Of a DNA stretch of 64,000 nucleotides, positions 29,617-41,700 are shown piece by piece. The notes beneath the pieces were generated by a model. The model was not told the DNA's origin and searched no databases. It saw nothing but the letters and a program-made list of their open reading frames with translations. Source of the stretch: Lentisphaerae bacterium WC36 (GTDB lineage Bacteria; Verrucomicrobiota; Lentisphaeria; Victivallales; SZUA-371); the NCBI GenBank assembly GCA_020683205.1, contig CP085689.1, positions 2,162,230 to 2,226,229 on the forward strand, in the 5' to 3' direction. How positions within the stretch are numbered: position 1 is the stretch's first letter; each line of letters begins with the position of its first letter. Made by a program: the position numbers and the translations under genes.

Positions 29617-29830
29617 ATTAAAAAACTATTCGTATTAAAAATGCCAGTAAATTTGCGTTTGTCAAATAATTGATCAATAAAATTAATATTTTTTTATTAA
29701 TATTAAAAGATTATTTATTAGTCTACTATTCATATATAAAAAATAGCAAGTATAACTCATTACAAATTAGCCAGTTAGCATCCTTTTGTTATAAAGTTTC
29801 ACTAAAAATATAATTTTAGACAAAAATTGA

Positions 29831-31255
29831 TTATTTTGCAATATATTTTGGGTTTTTTCTAGTTGGAATTGGGGCATTATTTTCTTTGAGCCATTCTTCA
29901 AGCTTAATAATTAACTGCTTTTTAAGCTCAATTTTTTGATTAGCCAAATTATGTTGTTCACTTATATCATTTTTTAAATCGAACAACTCATAATCGTTTT
30001 TATCTTCATAATATTTGATTAATTTATAATTATTATAAATTATCACTGATCCTGGACGCGTTCTAAATAAAGGATCGCGGCTTTGCATATGCTTTGAAAT
30101 ACCATTTAATGCTTTACCTGTACATTGTAAATAAATTGGAAAATGGAAAAAAATTGCTCGTTCTGATATTTCTTTATTATTTTTTTTGTTAAAAATATAG
30201 CTACTGACATCAATACCATCAAATTTATTATTCTCAAGCTTAACATTAGCTAATCTTGCTAAAGTTGGTAGCAAATCAAGCTGGCTCACACGTTCATTCA
30301 AACGGCAATTCGCTGGAATTTTACCTTGCGGCCAACGAATTGCAAATGGCACTCGAATCCCACCTTCATAATACGTTCCCTTTCCTGCACGTAATGGTTT
30401 TTGAGGAGAAAAACTATAAACACTACCATTATCTCCAGTAAAAACAATAATAGTCTTATCTAATAAATTCTGTTGTTGTAAATAATTTGTTAAACGACCT
30501 ATATTATCATCCAAACTTTCAATCATAGCCGCATAACTTAACTGTTTTTCACTTTTAATTTTACCAATTTTACGGTATTTTTCAATTAACTCTTTTTTTC
30601 CCTGTAAGGGAGTGTGCACTGAATAATATGGCAAATAAAGAAAATATGGTTGCTGTTTGCTTTTTTCGATAAAATTAATTGCTTCAGATGTTAGGCGATA
30701 TGGTAAATGTTCACCTTTTTTACCATCTTTTAAGTTTTTATTTTTATAGGGACTAAAATAACTACTAGGATGTCCGGCGTGATTTCCCGCTATGTTACAG
30801 TCAAACCCGTAATTCAAAGGATTTTCACCAACATGAAATTTGCCAATATTAATGGTTTTGTACCCAGCATCACGAAAAATAGAAGCCATGGTTGGAAATT
30901 TTTCACTCAAAATAGTATTATTTTTAACAGGAATAATTTTTCGATTTTTAGCTTTCCCACGACTAGAAGAATTAACAGTAAAAATTTTATGCTTTGGCGT
31001 ATTTAATCCTGTTAAAAGGCAGGCTCTACTTGGTGCGCAATTAGCAGCTCCCGCATAACCATTGTTAAAAATTACTCCTTGTGAAACTAATTTATCAATA
31101 TTTGGAGTTGAGTAATACTTTGAACCATTAAAACCAACATCTTTATATCCTAAATCATCAACATTAATCAAAATTATACTTGGTTTGTTTTGCGCAACAG
31201 CAATTGATGATAAAGAGGAAACTGCAACAATTGTAAAAAATTTTATCTTATTCAT
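29831..31255 (-). CDS. Secreted sulfatase (formylglycine-dependent arylsulfatase family)
   Basis: Signal peptide; ILINVDDLGY and the CAPSRACLLTG sulfatase signature; 474 aa. Confidence 0.8.
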   Translation of the reverse strand: MNKIKFFTIVAVSSLSSIAVAQNKPSIILINVDDLGYKDVGFNGSKYYSTPNIDKLVSQGVIFNNGYAGAANCAPSRACLLTGLNTPKHKIFTVNSSSRGKAKNRKIIPVKNNTILSEKFPTMASIFRDAGYKTINIGKFHVGENPLNYGFDCNIAGNHAGHPSSYFSPYKNKNLKDGKKGEHLPYRLTSEAINFIEKSKQQPYFLYLPYYSVHTPLQGKKELIEKYRKIGKIKSEKQLSYAAMIESLDDNIGRLTNYLQQQNLLDKTIIVFTGDNGSVYSFSPQKPLRAGKGTYYEGGIRVPFAIRWPQGKIPANCRLNERVSQLDLLPTLARLANVKLENNKFDGIDVSSYIFNKKNNKEISERAIFFHFPIYLQCTGKALNGISKHMQSRDPLFRTRPGSVIIYNNYKLIKYYEDKNDYELFDLKNDISEQHNLANQKIELKKQLIIKLEEWLKENNAPIPTRKNPKYIAK

Positions 31256-31373
31256 ATATCTCTACCTTTTATTTTCGTTTATAAATTCAAACGCAAAAAA
31301 AGAACAAATATTGTATTATGTTTAACAATATTTGCTCTTTTACCAAATAGCTCTAAAAATTAGTTGCTCTAAA

Positions 31374-32627
31374 TTATTTTTTAACTTTCGTAGTTTCTAC
31401 AACTTCTTTTTGCGGCTTGTCATTAATCAATTTTAACATAAACATTTTCATTAAGTCATTATTTGCCGATAAAGAATTAATTGACCCAGTTGCTCCAGTA
31501 CCACCACCACTTACAATAACTGTTTGAGGCAATGTTAAACCACGAATTGCAGATGCAACTTCCGCGGCAGTACGAATTTGTTTATTAGCTTCAATTTCGG
31601 CTAAAACACGATCTTTTTCAGTAATTGCCCCAGAAAGTTCAATCTCTTTTTGTTTCGCCAACGCCAATTCAATTTTTGCTTTTGCATCTAATTTTGCCTG
31701 TTCTAGTTCAATGCGCGCAACTTCCTCTTTACGGGCAGCATTTACCATCGCTGTTCTTTTATCAATTTCAGCCAATTCTAGAATCTTTTGTTGTTTTACT
31801 AATGCTTCTTTCTTCTCTAGTTCAGCAACAGTAACTTTTCTTTCAGCATCAATTTTTGCTAACTCAGCTTCACGTTCAGCGTCTGTAACAGCCTTCATCT
31901 TTTGCATTTCAGCTTTACCTTTTTCTTCAGCAATTTGCTGCTTATACTTTGCATCAGTTTCTTTCAACTGCATATCATATTTAATTTTATTAGCTTCTGC
32001 TTCTTTTCCTAATAAAATAGCCTTTTGTTGAGCCTTAAATAATCCAATTGTATCTTGATCAAAATCAATGCTAGTAACCTCAATTTTTTCGATAGCAACA
32101 CCCATTTTTGCTAATTCCTCGTTATTTAGAATATCTTTTCTAAGCGCACTAATGTAACTTTCTTGACGTTCAATGATTTCACTTGAAGTCATTTCAGAAC
32201 CACGCACTCGAGCAATTTCTTTAATTTTTGATAATACTAAAGAGTCAGCAATTTCGATATCACCACCACAGTTCTCATGCATAATTGTAATAGTTTCATT
32301 AGTTGTATACAATCTGTAAGTCACGCGTGTACTAATGTAGCCAATACCTTTATTTTTGAAACGAACTTCAATAGATTCATCTAAAGGAGATCCTTCGCGT
32401 TTATCACGAGAAAAATATACATTACGAATTTTAGGGTATGTCCAAACGGTCGCAAAAAATTTAGTGTAATATCCACCTTGGGCATTAATATTAATATTTC
32501 CACTTAAAGACTGAATGATTTGAAAGTTTTGAACTTCATTTTTCCCCACAAGCTGTGTAAAACAAGCTACAACAAAAATTGCAAAAACTGCAATGACCGA
32601 ACCAAAAATAATTAATTTTTTCTTCAT
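31374..32627 (-). CDS. SPFH/band-7 (flotillin/YqiK-like) membrane protein with a long coiled-coil
   Basis: N-terminal TM helix, SPFH domain, then an extended A/E/K-rich heptad region; 417 aa. Confidence 0.7.
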   Translation of the reverse strand: MKKKLIIFGSVIAVFAIFVVACFTQLVGKNEVQNFQIIQSLSGNININAQGGYYTKFFATVWTYPKIRNVYFSRDKREGSPLDESIEVRFKNKGIGYISTRVTYRLYTTNETITIMHENCGGDIEIADSLVLSKIKEIARVRGSEMTSSEIIERQESYISALRKDILNNEELAKMGVAIEKIEVTSIDFDQDTIGLFKAQQKAILLGKEAEANKIKYDMQLKETDAKYKQQIAEEKGKAEMQKMKAVTDAEREAELAKIDAERKVTVAELEKKEALVKQQKILELAEIDKRTAMVNAARKEEVARIELEQAKLDAKAKIELALAKQKEIELSGAITEKDRVLAEIEANKQIRTAAEVASAIRGLTLPQTVIVSGGGTGATGSINSLSANNDLMKMFMLKLINDKPQKEVVETTKVKK

Positions 32628-32808
32628 TAATTTTTCCTTCCTTTTTAAAAAATTTATTTACATAGTCATAAAAAATAACACTCTAATAAAATAGCATAAT
32701 GTTATATTTTTTCAAATTTTCCTCTCGCCTAAATATATAGAAACAAAAAAACCATCAACATTTAATTTGATGGTTTTTTTAATTATTCTACACTAGTCAG
32801 TTAAAATA

Positions 32809-34752
32809 TTAATATGCGCGTTCTTTTCGCCCTTCAACAAAGTTTACAAACGCTTGATTAACCACACGATGTCCGCCTGGTGTTGGATAATCTCCAGTAA
32901 AATACCAATCACCTTTATGATTTGGACACGCTTCATGCAACGCTTCTATCGTTTGAAAGATAATTTCAACTTTAGCCTTGATATTTTCTGGTTTTAAAAT
33001 TTCTGAAATTTTTGCAGAAATTTGTTCAGGGCTAAATGGACTATAAATATTTTTTACAACATTAACCATCTCATTATCAGACAACTTTAATTGCTCTAAT
33101 GCTAACTTATAAGTATCTTCGATAACCTGCATTTGATCAGTATCTTTTAATAATTCAATTGCAGCCTTAAAAGCACAAAAATCTTCTAAATTAGCCATAT
33201 CAATACCGTAACAATCTGGGTAACGAATTTGCGGAGCACTTGATAAAACAATAATCTTTTTAGGACCTAAACGATCTAAAATACGTAAAATGCTCTGACG
33301 CATTGTAGTTCCACGTACAATCGAATCGTCAACTACTACAATATTATCTTCACCCTTGTTTACGGTATTATAACTAATATCATAAACATAAGTTGCTAAG
33401 TCATTACGCATACTGTCATCAGAAATAAAAGTTCGCATCTTAACATCTTTCACGGCTAACTTTTCAGTTCTTGGCGTATAATTAAGAATTTCATCAATTT
33501 TATCAGCATCAAGATTATCAGTTTCTAAAAGCATTTTTTTCTGTTCATCACGACAAAATGACTGTAACCCTTTCACTAATCCATAATAACAATTTTCGGC
33601 AGTATTAGGAATAAATGAAAAAACGGTGTGACGAATATCATAATTAATTGATTTTAATACTTGAGGAGTTAAAAACCAACCTAATTGCTTACGCTCCTGA
33701 TAAATGTCTGCGTCAGTACCACGTGAAAAATAAATACGTTCAAATGAACAAGGTTTTTTCTCAGTTGGTTCTTTATAGTAATCTAAATTGATTGAACCAT
33801 CTTTGTGAATAATTAAAGCTTGAGCAGGCTCTAACTCTTTAAGTTGTTCAGTATCTAAATTAAATGCTGTTTGAATGGCTGGACGTTCAGAAGCGCATAC
33901 AATAATTTCATCATCAGCATAATAAAATGCTGGACGAATCCCTGCAGGATCGCGCATAATAAAACTATCGCCATGCCCAATAATCCCACTAACAATATAA
34001 CCGCCGTCCCAATTTTTACAGGCATTAGTCAATACTTTATTGACGTCTAAATTTTCAGAAATGTATTTAGTAATATCTTGGCCAATAACTTTTTCTTGCT
34101 TAAGCTTTGAAACTAAAGCATTATTTTCCTCATCAAGGTAGTGTGCCAAAGATTCAAGCATTGTTACTGTATCTGCATATTCCGTTGGTTGCTGACCAAT
34201 TTCAACTAATTGGTTGAAAAGCTTTTTAACATTTGTTAAGTTAAAATTACCAGCAATTAATAGATTACGGGTTTTCCAATTGCTTTTACGTGAAAATGGA
34301 TGACACGCATCAATGTTATTACGTCCGAAAGTTCCATAACGCAAATGTCCTAAATAAATATCTCCACAAAAGTCGATGTTATCACGCAACCAAGTTTCAT
34401 CACTAAAATTATCTTTATTGCCATTATTGTATTCAAGAGCAATGCTCTCATTAATATTTTTAAAGACATCCTGAATTGGAGATTGAGCAATTGACTTTTG
34501 CACATTGACATATTTTTTCCCAGGCTCACTATCTAGTTTTAAACATGCTAATCCAACACCATCTTGACCACGATTATGTTGTTTCTCCATCATTAGCTGC
34601 ATTTTATTCAAGCCCCAAAAAGGCGATCCATATTTTTCGATATAATATGAAGTTGGTTTTAAAAGTCGCAAATAAGCAATACCACATTCATGTTTTATTT
34701 CGTCACTCATAAAAGTCCTTTTGCATCCTATTTCTTTACAGGTGTTTATCAA
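32809..34752 (-). CDS. purF: Amidophosphoribosyltransferase (long-form Ntn glutamine amidotransferase)
   Basis: Propeptide followed by nucleophile Cys (HECGIAY); PRTase motif VVVDDSIVRGTT; 647 aa. Confidence 0.75.
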   Translation of the reverse strand: MINTCKEIGCKRTFMSDEIKHECGIAYLRLLKPTSYYIEKYGSPFWGLNKMQLMMEKQHNRGQDGVGLACLKLDSEPGKKYVNVQKSIAQSPIQDVFKNINESIALEYNNGNKDNFSDETWLRDNIDFCGDIYLGHLRYGTFGRNNIDACHPFSRKSNWKTRNLLIAGNFNLTNVKKLFNQLVEIGQQPTEYADTVTMLESLAHYLDEENNALVSKLKQEKVIGQDITKYISENLDVNKVLTNACKNWDGGYIVSGIIGHGDSFIMRDPAGIRPAFYYADDEIIVCASERPAIQTAFNLDTEQLKELEPAQALIIHKDGSINLDYYKEPTEKKPCSFERIYFSRGTDADIYQERKQLGWFLTPQVLKSINYDIRHTVFSFIPNTAENCYYGLVKGLQSFCRDEQKKMLLETDNLDADKIDEILNYTPRTEKLAVKDVKMRTFISDDSMRNDLATYVYDISYNTVNKGEDNIVVVDDSIVRGTTMRQSILRILDRLGPKKIIVLSSAPQIRYPDCYGIDMANLEDFCAFKAAIELLKDTDQMQVIEDTYKLALEQLKLSDNEMVNVVKNIYSPFSPEQISAKISEILKPENIKAKVEIIFQTIEALHEACPNHKGDWYFTGDYPTPGGHRVVNQAFVNFVEGRKERAY

Positions 34753-34861
34753 AATTATATCTTGATTTCAACTAGTTTTAATTTAGCCTTTTATCAAGAA
34801 AAAGTTACAATTAATTTAACCTCAAAATAAAAAATATCAAGATTTTTTTTAATATCAGTCC

Positions 34862-34906
34862 CATTAAAAACAGATAATCTACGAACTTAAATAGCTCGTA
34901 GATTAT
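34862..34906 (-). terminator. Terminator hairpin downstream of glnA (ataatctacga / tcgtagattat followed by a T-run on the minus strand)
   Basis: 11-bp inverted repeat at 34874-34906; the minus-strand 3' flank is TCTGTTTTTAATGG. Confidence 0.45.
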
Positions 34907-34951
34907 TGTATTTAATTTTTTTATGCTTTATTATTAGCAATAAATTACAAT

Positions 34952-37096
34952 TTAATAGATGAAAAGAAGCTCACTATATTTTGCTAGTGGCCATAAATTA
35001 TCATCAACAATATCTTCTAATTCATCAGCATATTTTCTAACATTATTTGTATAATCAATAATAGTTTTGTAACATTTAGCTTCTTCAACAGCTGCATTTA
35101 AAGTATTAATTGCATCATTTAAACTATTTGTTAAAGCTGTGACATTAGATAACAGTTCAGTTTGAGCAGTTGGATCAATGCCTAGTTCTTTAACTTTTAA
35201 TGCAGAATTTGCTAATTTAGTTTGATATTTAACAGCAACTGGTAAAATTACAGTTTTGGCAATGTTAGCAGCTACTTTACCTTCGATATCAATAATTTTT
35301 TCATATTCTTCAGTTAAGATTTCGTAACGTGATTCGATTTCTTTGTCAGTGAATACGCCATATTTAGCAAACATTGCTTTATTATCAGCAGAACGGAAAT
35401 ATTCTAATGCCTCTGGAGTTGTGCGTAAGTTTAATAAACCACGTCTTTCAGCTTCAACCGTCCACGCATCAGCATAATTGTCACCATTAAAAATAACACG
35501 TTTATGATTTTTGATTACATTACGTAAAACTTCTTCAAGCTTAGTGTTAAAGTTATCTGCATCAGCTTTTTCAAGCTCTGTAGCAATTTCATCCATTGCT
35601 TCCGCAACAATTGTATTAAGAATAACATTTGCTCCAGCACAAGATTGATTAGATCCAACAGCACGGAATTCAAACTTATTACCCGTAAAAGCAAATGGGC
35701 TAGTACGGTTACGATCCGTAGTATCTTTTCTGAATACAGGTAACGCATCAACGCCAACGTGCATTGCTGATTTATGATTAGCATTGCTAGGAACGCCTGT
35801 TTCAATTTCTTCGATAACATCGTTTAGCTCATCACCTAAGAAAATACTAATAATTGCTGGAGGAGCTTCATTTGCACCTAAACGGTGGTCATTTCCTGCA
35901 GATGCAGCAGCAATACGTAAAAGATCAGCGTGTTTATCAACAGCTTGAATAATCGCACATAAAGTTGTTACAAATACAGCATTTGATTTTGGATCATCAC
36001 CTGGCTCAAGCATATTCATGCCGTTAGCACCAATCGACCAGTTATTATGTTTACCAGAACCGTTAACACCAGCAAATGGTTTTTCATGCATCAAGCAAAC
36101 TAAACCATGATTTTCAGCAGTGTTACGTAAAACTTCCATAATCATCATGTTCTGGTCAACAGCTAAGTTTAATTCAGCATATAAAGGTGCTAATTCAAAC
36201 TGAGCAGGAGCTACTTCATTATGACGAGTTTTTGCAGGGATACCTAAAGCCCATAACGCACGGTCAACATCAGACATATAGTTTAAGATACGGCGTTTAA
36301 TTGCACCAAAATAGTGGTCTTCCATCTGTTGATGTTTTGCTGGAGTTGTACCGAACAGAGTTCTTCCTGTTTGAACTAAGTCAGGTCTAGACATATATAA
36401 TTTTCTATCAATCAGGAAGTACTCCTGTTCAGCACCTAAAGTTGGATTTACTTTGCCATCAACTTCGATACCAAAGCAGTTTAAAATTCTTTCAGCTTGT
36501 TTAGAAACAGCTTGTAATGAACGTAGTAATGGAGTCTTTTTGTCAAGAGCTTCACCAGTGTAAGAACAAAATGCTGTAGGAATACATAATGTAGCTCCAT
36601 TGTCATTACGCTTAATGAAAGCTGGACTTGTTGGATCCCAAGCAGTATAACCACGTGCTTCAAATGTCGCACGTAACCCACCTGACGGAAAACTTGATGC
36701 ATCTGGCTCACCTTTAATTAAATTAGACCCACTAAAATTCATAATTACGCCACCTTCACTGTTTGGCTCAATAAATGAATCATGTTTTTCTGCAGTAGAA
36801 CCAGTTAATGGTTGGAACCAGTGAGTATAGTGACTAACACCACGCTCTAATGCCCAACGCTTCATTGCATTTGCAACGCTATCAGCAATATTAGCATCTA
36901 AAATAGAACCAGCATTAATTGTTTTCATTAAAGCTTTAAAAGTATCGCGTGGTAAGTATTCGCGCATCGTTTTTAAGTTAAATACGTCCTTGCCATAAAT
37001 AGAATTAATATCACCATCTTTTCCTTCACAGCTTGGGGCAACGTAAGGATTATCAGTCATTGATTTAATTCCATCTTTTCTTAAATTTTTACTCAT
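34952..37096 (-). CDS. glnA: Glutamine synthetase, type III (GSIII)
   Basis: 714 aa, colinear with ~730-aa GSIII proteins; an ATP/glutamate-binding GS core sits in the middle of a long protein. Confidence 0.85.
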   Translation of the reverse strand: MSKNLRKDGIKSMTDNPYVAPSCEGKDGDINSIYGKDVFNLKTMREYLPRDTFKALMKTINAGSILDANIADSVANAMKRWALERGVSHYTHWFQPLTGSTAEKHDSFIEPNSEGGVIMNFSGSNLIKGEPDASSFPSGGLRATFEARGYTAWDPTSPAFIKRNDNGATLCIPTAFCSYTGEALDKKTPLLRSLQAVSKQAERILNCFGIEVDGKVNPTLGAEQEYFLIDRKLYMSRPDLVQTGRTLFGTTPAKHQQMEDHYFGAIKRRILNYMSDVDRALWALGIPAKTRHNEVAPAQFELAPLYAELNLAVDQNMMIMEVLRNTAENHGLVCLMHEKPFAGVNGSGKHNNWSIGANGMNMLEPGDDPKSNAVFVTTLCAIIQAVDKHADLLRIAAASAGNDHRLGANEAPPAIISIFLGDELNDVIEEIETGVPSNANHKSAMHVGVDALPVFRKDTTDRNRTSPFAFTGNKFEFRAVGSNQSCAGANVILNTIVAEAMDEIATELEKADADNFNTKLEEVLRNVIKNHKRVIFNGDNYADAWTVEAERRGLLNLRTTPEALEYFRSADNKAMFAKYGVFTDKEIESRYEILTEEYEKIIDIEGKVAANIAKTVILPVAVKYQTKLANSALKVKELGIDPTAQTELLSNVTALTNSLNDAINTLNAAVEEAKCYKTIIDYTNNVRKYADELEDIVDDNLWPLAKYSELLFIY

Positions 37097-37175
37097 TGTA
37101 AAATTTACTCCATTTAAAAATAATTTTTAACTTTGTTAAGTTATCTTCTTGTTATATAGTTTTGTTATTTGACTT

Positions 37176-37209
37176 AAAAAAACATTGAGAAGCGTCAATT
37201 TTTCTCAAT
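37176..37209 (-). terminator. Rho-independent terminator after gltD (attgagaa / ttctcaat stem plus a U7 run on the minus strand)
   Basis: 8-bp stem with the A7 run at 37176-37182 on the plus strand; a second 10-bp hairpin (ccgtcaaaat…attttgacgg) lies at 37233-37270. Confidence 0.5.
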
Positions 37210-37316
37210 TAAATAAATATTTATTATCGAACCGTCAAAATTTTATAAAAAAGTTATGCCATTTTGACGGCTCTAAATAAACACTTACATTTTTGTAACT
37301 ATTTATTTAATGTGAT

Positions 37317-38744
37317 CTATTTTAAATAGTTATCAACGTCTATAGCCATATCTTTACCAGCTTTAATCGCTCTAACTACTAATGATGCGCCTGAAACAAT
37401 ATCACCCGCTGCAAAAACTTTTTCAGCACTTGTCATACCGTTTTCATTAACCACAATATTACCACGCGGGTCTAAGTTTAAACCCAAATCATCAATTGAG
37501 CCAACTTTCTCAGGACCAACGAATCCCATTGCTAAAAGAACTAAATCAGCTTTTAGCTGGAATTCACTTCCTTCAACCTCTGTGAAGCTAACTGGACGAC
37601 CATTTTCGATTTTCCATTCAACTTTAGCACAGTTTAATGCAGTAACATGGCCTTCATCATTTGTCACAACTTCTTTTGTTAATACATCCCACATACGTTC
37701 ACAACCTTCTTTATGGCTGCTTGAAGTACGTAGCATATAAGGCCATTCTGGCCAAGGAGTTGACGCATCACGTGTTTCTGGAGGACATGGCATAATCTCA
37801 ATTTGAGTAACGCTTTTTGCTCCTTGACGATTAGATGTACCAACACAGTCAGAACCAGTATCACCACCACCAATAACAACGATATTTTTATCTATAGCTA
37901 AAAGCTCATCGCCTGCAACTTTTTCACCACTCACGCGACAATTTTGTTGTGTCAAGAAATCCATTGCATACTCAACACCTTTAGCATTGCGACCAACTAC
38001 GTTTTCTGGTAAACCACGTGGAGCACGAGCGCCATATGTTAAGCAAACTGCATCAAAATCTGCTAGAATATCAGCAATTTTTGTATCAACACCAACATTA
38101 ACGCCAAATTTGAACGTAACGCCTTCTTCAGTCATTAAATCAACACGACGTTGAACGATATTTTTATCTAATTTAAAATCTGGAATACCATAACGTAATA
38201 AACCACCAGCATAATTAGCACGCTCAAAAACTGTTACATTATGACCCATTTTATTTAAATCATCAGCAACCGCCATACCAGCAGGCCCTGCACCGATTAC
38301 AGCAATTTTCTTATCAGAACGCTCTTTTGGAGGTTGTGGCTTAATCCAACCTTCTTCAAAACCTTTTTCAACTAAGAATTTTTCAATCTGACGAATTGTT
38401 ACAGCCTCTCCATCAATGCCTGATGTACAAGATGCCTCACAAAGAGCTGGGCAAATTCTACCAGTAAATTCTGGGAAATTACTTGTATCAAGAAGCAATT
38501 CTAATGCTTCTTGATATTTTCCTTGACTTGCTAACTCATTCCACTCAGGAATCACATTAGATAATGGACAACCTAAACCATGACAAAATGGAATACCACA
38601 GTCCATACATCTTGATGATTGGCTTTTGATCTCATCTTCAGATAAAAACTTCTCAACTTCTTTATAATCTTTGACCCTTTCATCTTTATTTCTGTAACCA
38701 GGATCAACTCTATCTATTTCTAAAAAACCTCTTGGATTACTCAT
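37317..38744 (-). CDS. gltD: Glutamate synthase small (NADPH) subunit
   Basis: Cys clusters CMDCGIPFCH…C; FAD/NAD Rossmann motifs AVIGAGPAGMA and VVIGGGDTGSDC; 475 aa. Confidence 0.85.
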   Translation of the reverse strand: MSNPRGFLEIDRVDPGYRNKDERVKDYKEVEKFLSEDEIKSQSSRCMDCGIPFCHGLGCPLSNVIPEWNELASQGKYQEALELLLDTSNFPEFTGRICPALCEASCTSGIDGEAVTIRQIEKFLVEKGFEEGWIKPQPPKERSDKKIAVIGAGPAGMAVADDLNKMGHNVTVFERANYAGGLLRYGIPDFKLDKNIVQRRVDLMTEEGVTFKFGVNVGVDTKIADILADFDAVCLTYGARAPRGLPENVVGRNAKGVEYAMDFLTQQNCRVSGEKVAGDELLAIDKNIVVIGGGDTGSDCVGTSNRQGAKSVTQIEIMPCPPETRDASTPWPEWPYMLRTSSSHKEGCERMWDVLTKEVVTNDEGHVTALNCAKVEWKIENGRPVSFTEVEGSEFQLKADLVLLAMGFVGPEKVGSIDDLGLNLDPRGNIVVNENGMTSAEKVFAAGDIVSGASLVVRAIKAGKDMAIDVDNYLK

Positions 38745-38760
38745 TTATCTCACCTGTATG

Positions 38761-41700
38761 TTAGTCGTTGATAACTTCACGCTTTACTTCAGCGTCTTCT
38801 TTTGACATTTTTCCTAAAACTTTACGATATTCAGTTGGGAAAACTTTTACAAATTTATGTAAATTTTCGCTCCAGTTATCTAGAATACTTTTAGCTTTTG
38901 GACTTTCTGTATACTCGAAATGTTTCTCAATCATGCCTTTTAATAATGCTTCATCTTCTGCGCTCACCACAGGCTCTAAGTCAATCATTTCTAAGTTACA
39001 TTTTAAGTCAAAGTCACCTTTCTCATCTAGGATATAAGCAAATCCAGCACTCATTCCAGCACCGAAGTTCACACCAGTGTCACCTAGACAAACTACAATA
39101 CCACCAGTCATATATTCACAGCAATGATCTCCAGCACCCTCAATAACAGTTTTTGCACCACTGTTACGGATTGCGAAACGTTCACCAACTTGACCATTAA
39201 CATATAACTCACCGCTTGTTGCGCCATATAATAATACGTTACCAGCTAAAACGTTATCTTCAGGAGTGAAATCACTAACGCGTGGAGGACGGATACTAAT
39301 AATACCACCACTTAAACCTTTACCAACGTAATCATTACCCTCACCTTCTAGACGGAACGTGATACCTTTCTTCAAGAACGTACCGAAACTTTGTCCCGCA
39401 CAACCTGTAAATGTGAAATCAATTGTATGATCTGGTAAACCGGCTAAACCATGAGCTTTAACAACTGCATTTGATAACATTGGTCCAGCAGTACGGTTTA
39501 AGTTACAGATATCAACTGTTTTCTTTGTTGGAACGCTTGCGTCAGATAAAGTTTCCGCAGCTTCTTTAATTAGCAATTGGTCATATGCTTTATCAATGCC
39601 GTGATCTTGAGCTACGCTTTGTTTTACTGGTAATGAATCATACTCAGTAGGACGAGCAAAAATAGCACTGAAATCTAAGTTTTTAGTCTTCCAGAAGCCA
39701 ATTGCGTCATTCATTTCCAATAGGTCAGTTCGACCTACAGCTTCATCAATCGAACGTAAACCAAGGCTTGCTAAGTATTCACGAACCTCTTCAGCTACAA
39801 AGTAGAAGAAGTTGATTAAATGCTCAGGTTTTCCTGGGAAACGACTACGGCACTCTGGATCTTGAGTCGCTACACCTACAGGACATGTATTACTGTGGCA
39901 TTGACGCATCATTAAGCAACCAATCATTACTAGAGCAGTTGTACCAAAACCGAATTCTTCAGCACCAAGTAAAGCACCGATAATCACATCACGACCAGTT
40001 TTCATTTGACCGTCAACTTGGACTCGGATACGATCACGAAGTTTATTTAATACTAATGTTTGTTGAGTTTCAGCTAAACCTAATTCCCAAGGCAAACCAG
40101 CATGTTTAATAGATGTCATTGGAGATGCACCAGTACCGCCATCGTGACCTGAAATCAATACCATGTCACTATGAGCTTTAGATACACCAGCCGCGACTGT
40201 ACCAACACCAACTTCTGATACTAACTTAACGCTAATACGAGCTTGTGGATTCGAGTTCTTCAAGTCATAAATCAACTGAGCTAAGTCCTCAATAGAATAA
40301 ATATCATGATGTGGAGGTGGTGAAATTAATGTTACACCTGGTACCGAGTTACGAACTTTAGCGATGAATTCATCAACTTTAAATCCTGGTAACTGACCAC
40401 CTTCGCCTGGTTTTGCGCCTTGAGATACTTTAATTTGTAATTCTTTAGCATGACTTAAATAATCAATTGTTACACCAAAACGCCCACTTGCAATCTGTTT
40501 AATTGCACTACATTTATCATCACCGTTTGGCATTGGAGTAAAACGAACAGGATCTTCACCACCCTCACCACTGTTACTCATACCACCAATACGGTTCATA
40601 GCGATTGCCATAGTTTCGTGTGCTTCTTTTGATAATGAACCAAGAGACATTGCACCTGTTACGAAACGTTTTACAATCTCATCAGCAGACTCAACTTCAT
40701 CAATTGAAATTGGAGTTGCGTTTTTAAATTTAAACAATCCACGCAGAGTACAAAGGTTTTTCTCTTGATTATTGATTGTTTCAGCATATTCTTTATATGC
40801 TTTTTTATCGTTATTACGAACTGCATATTGAACTTTTGTAATGTTCTCTGGAGTCCATAAATGTTTCTCACCATTGTTACGGTAACGATATACACCACCT
40901 TCACTTAAGATAGATGATTTATCAGTTGCCGCAGCTTCAACACGCATTGTTGCTTCTTTAGCGATTTCATCTAAACCAATACCAGCAACACGGCTAGCAG
41001 TGTTTGTGAAATAATTATCAATTACTGCTTTATTTAAACCAACAGCTTCGAAAACTTGCGCGCCACGGTAACTACGTAATGTAGCTATACCCATTTTAGA
41101 CATAATTTTCATTAAGCCTTTACCTGTAGCTTTGATATAATTTTCAATAGCTTTCACTGTATCAACGCCGGCTTTCAATGCTCTTTTGTCAGCTAGATCA
41201 GCAATTGTTTCTAACGCTAAGTATGGGTTAATTGCAGTTGCACCATAACCTAATAATAATGCATAATGCATAATTTCACGAGCTTCACCAGTTTCAACGA
41301 CTAAACCTGCACTTGTACGAATACCTTCGTTCGTTAGGAAGTTGTTAACAGCAGCAACTGCTAATAATGATGGAATCGGCGCTTCGTTAGCAGCTAAATT
41401 ACGGTCTGAAAGAATAATTACGCTGTTACCATCAGCAATCGCTGCCTTTGCCGCTTCACAAACATCTTCTAATGCAGCTTTTAATGAAGAACCTTCACCA
41501 TCAGCTGCAAAACCAATCTTAATTGTTTGTGATTGGAATGTATCAATTTTAGCCTTTTGCAGACGACATAAGTCATCATTAGTTAAAATTGGTTGTTTCA
41601 TTTTTAATAAATGAGCATTGCATGGAGTTTCTTCAAGTATATTGCTGTGGTTTCCAATAAAAGTAGTTAAACTCATCACTAACGACTCACGAATTGGATC

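Noticed and set aside
31625-32031. Plus-strand ORFs inside the SPFH gene (31625..31834, 31711..32031)
   Set aside because: They are antisense to a well-supported gene; their low-complexity Ala/Ser-rich translation is an artefact of the coiled-coil coding region.
37233-37270. A possible sigma-54 promoter for glnA within the gltD–glnA spacer (TGGCAT-AACTT-TTTTA on the minus strand)
   Set aside because: The -12 TTGC element is absent. It is only a half-site and overlaps the palindrome.
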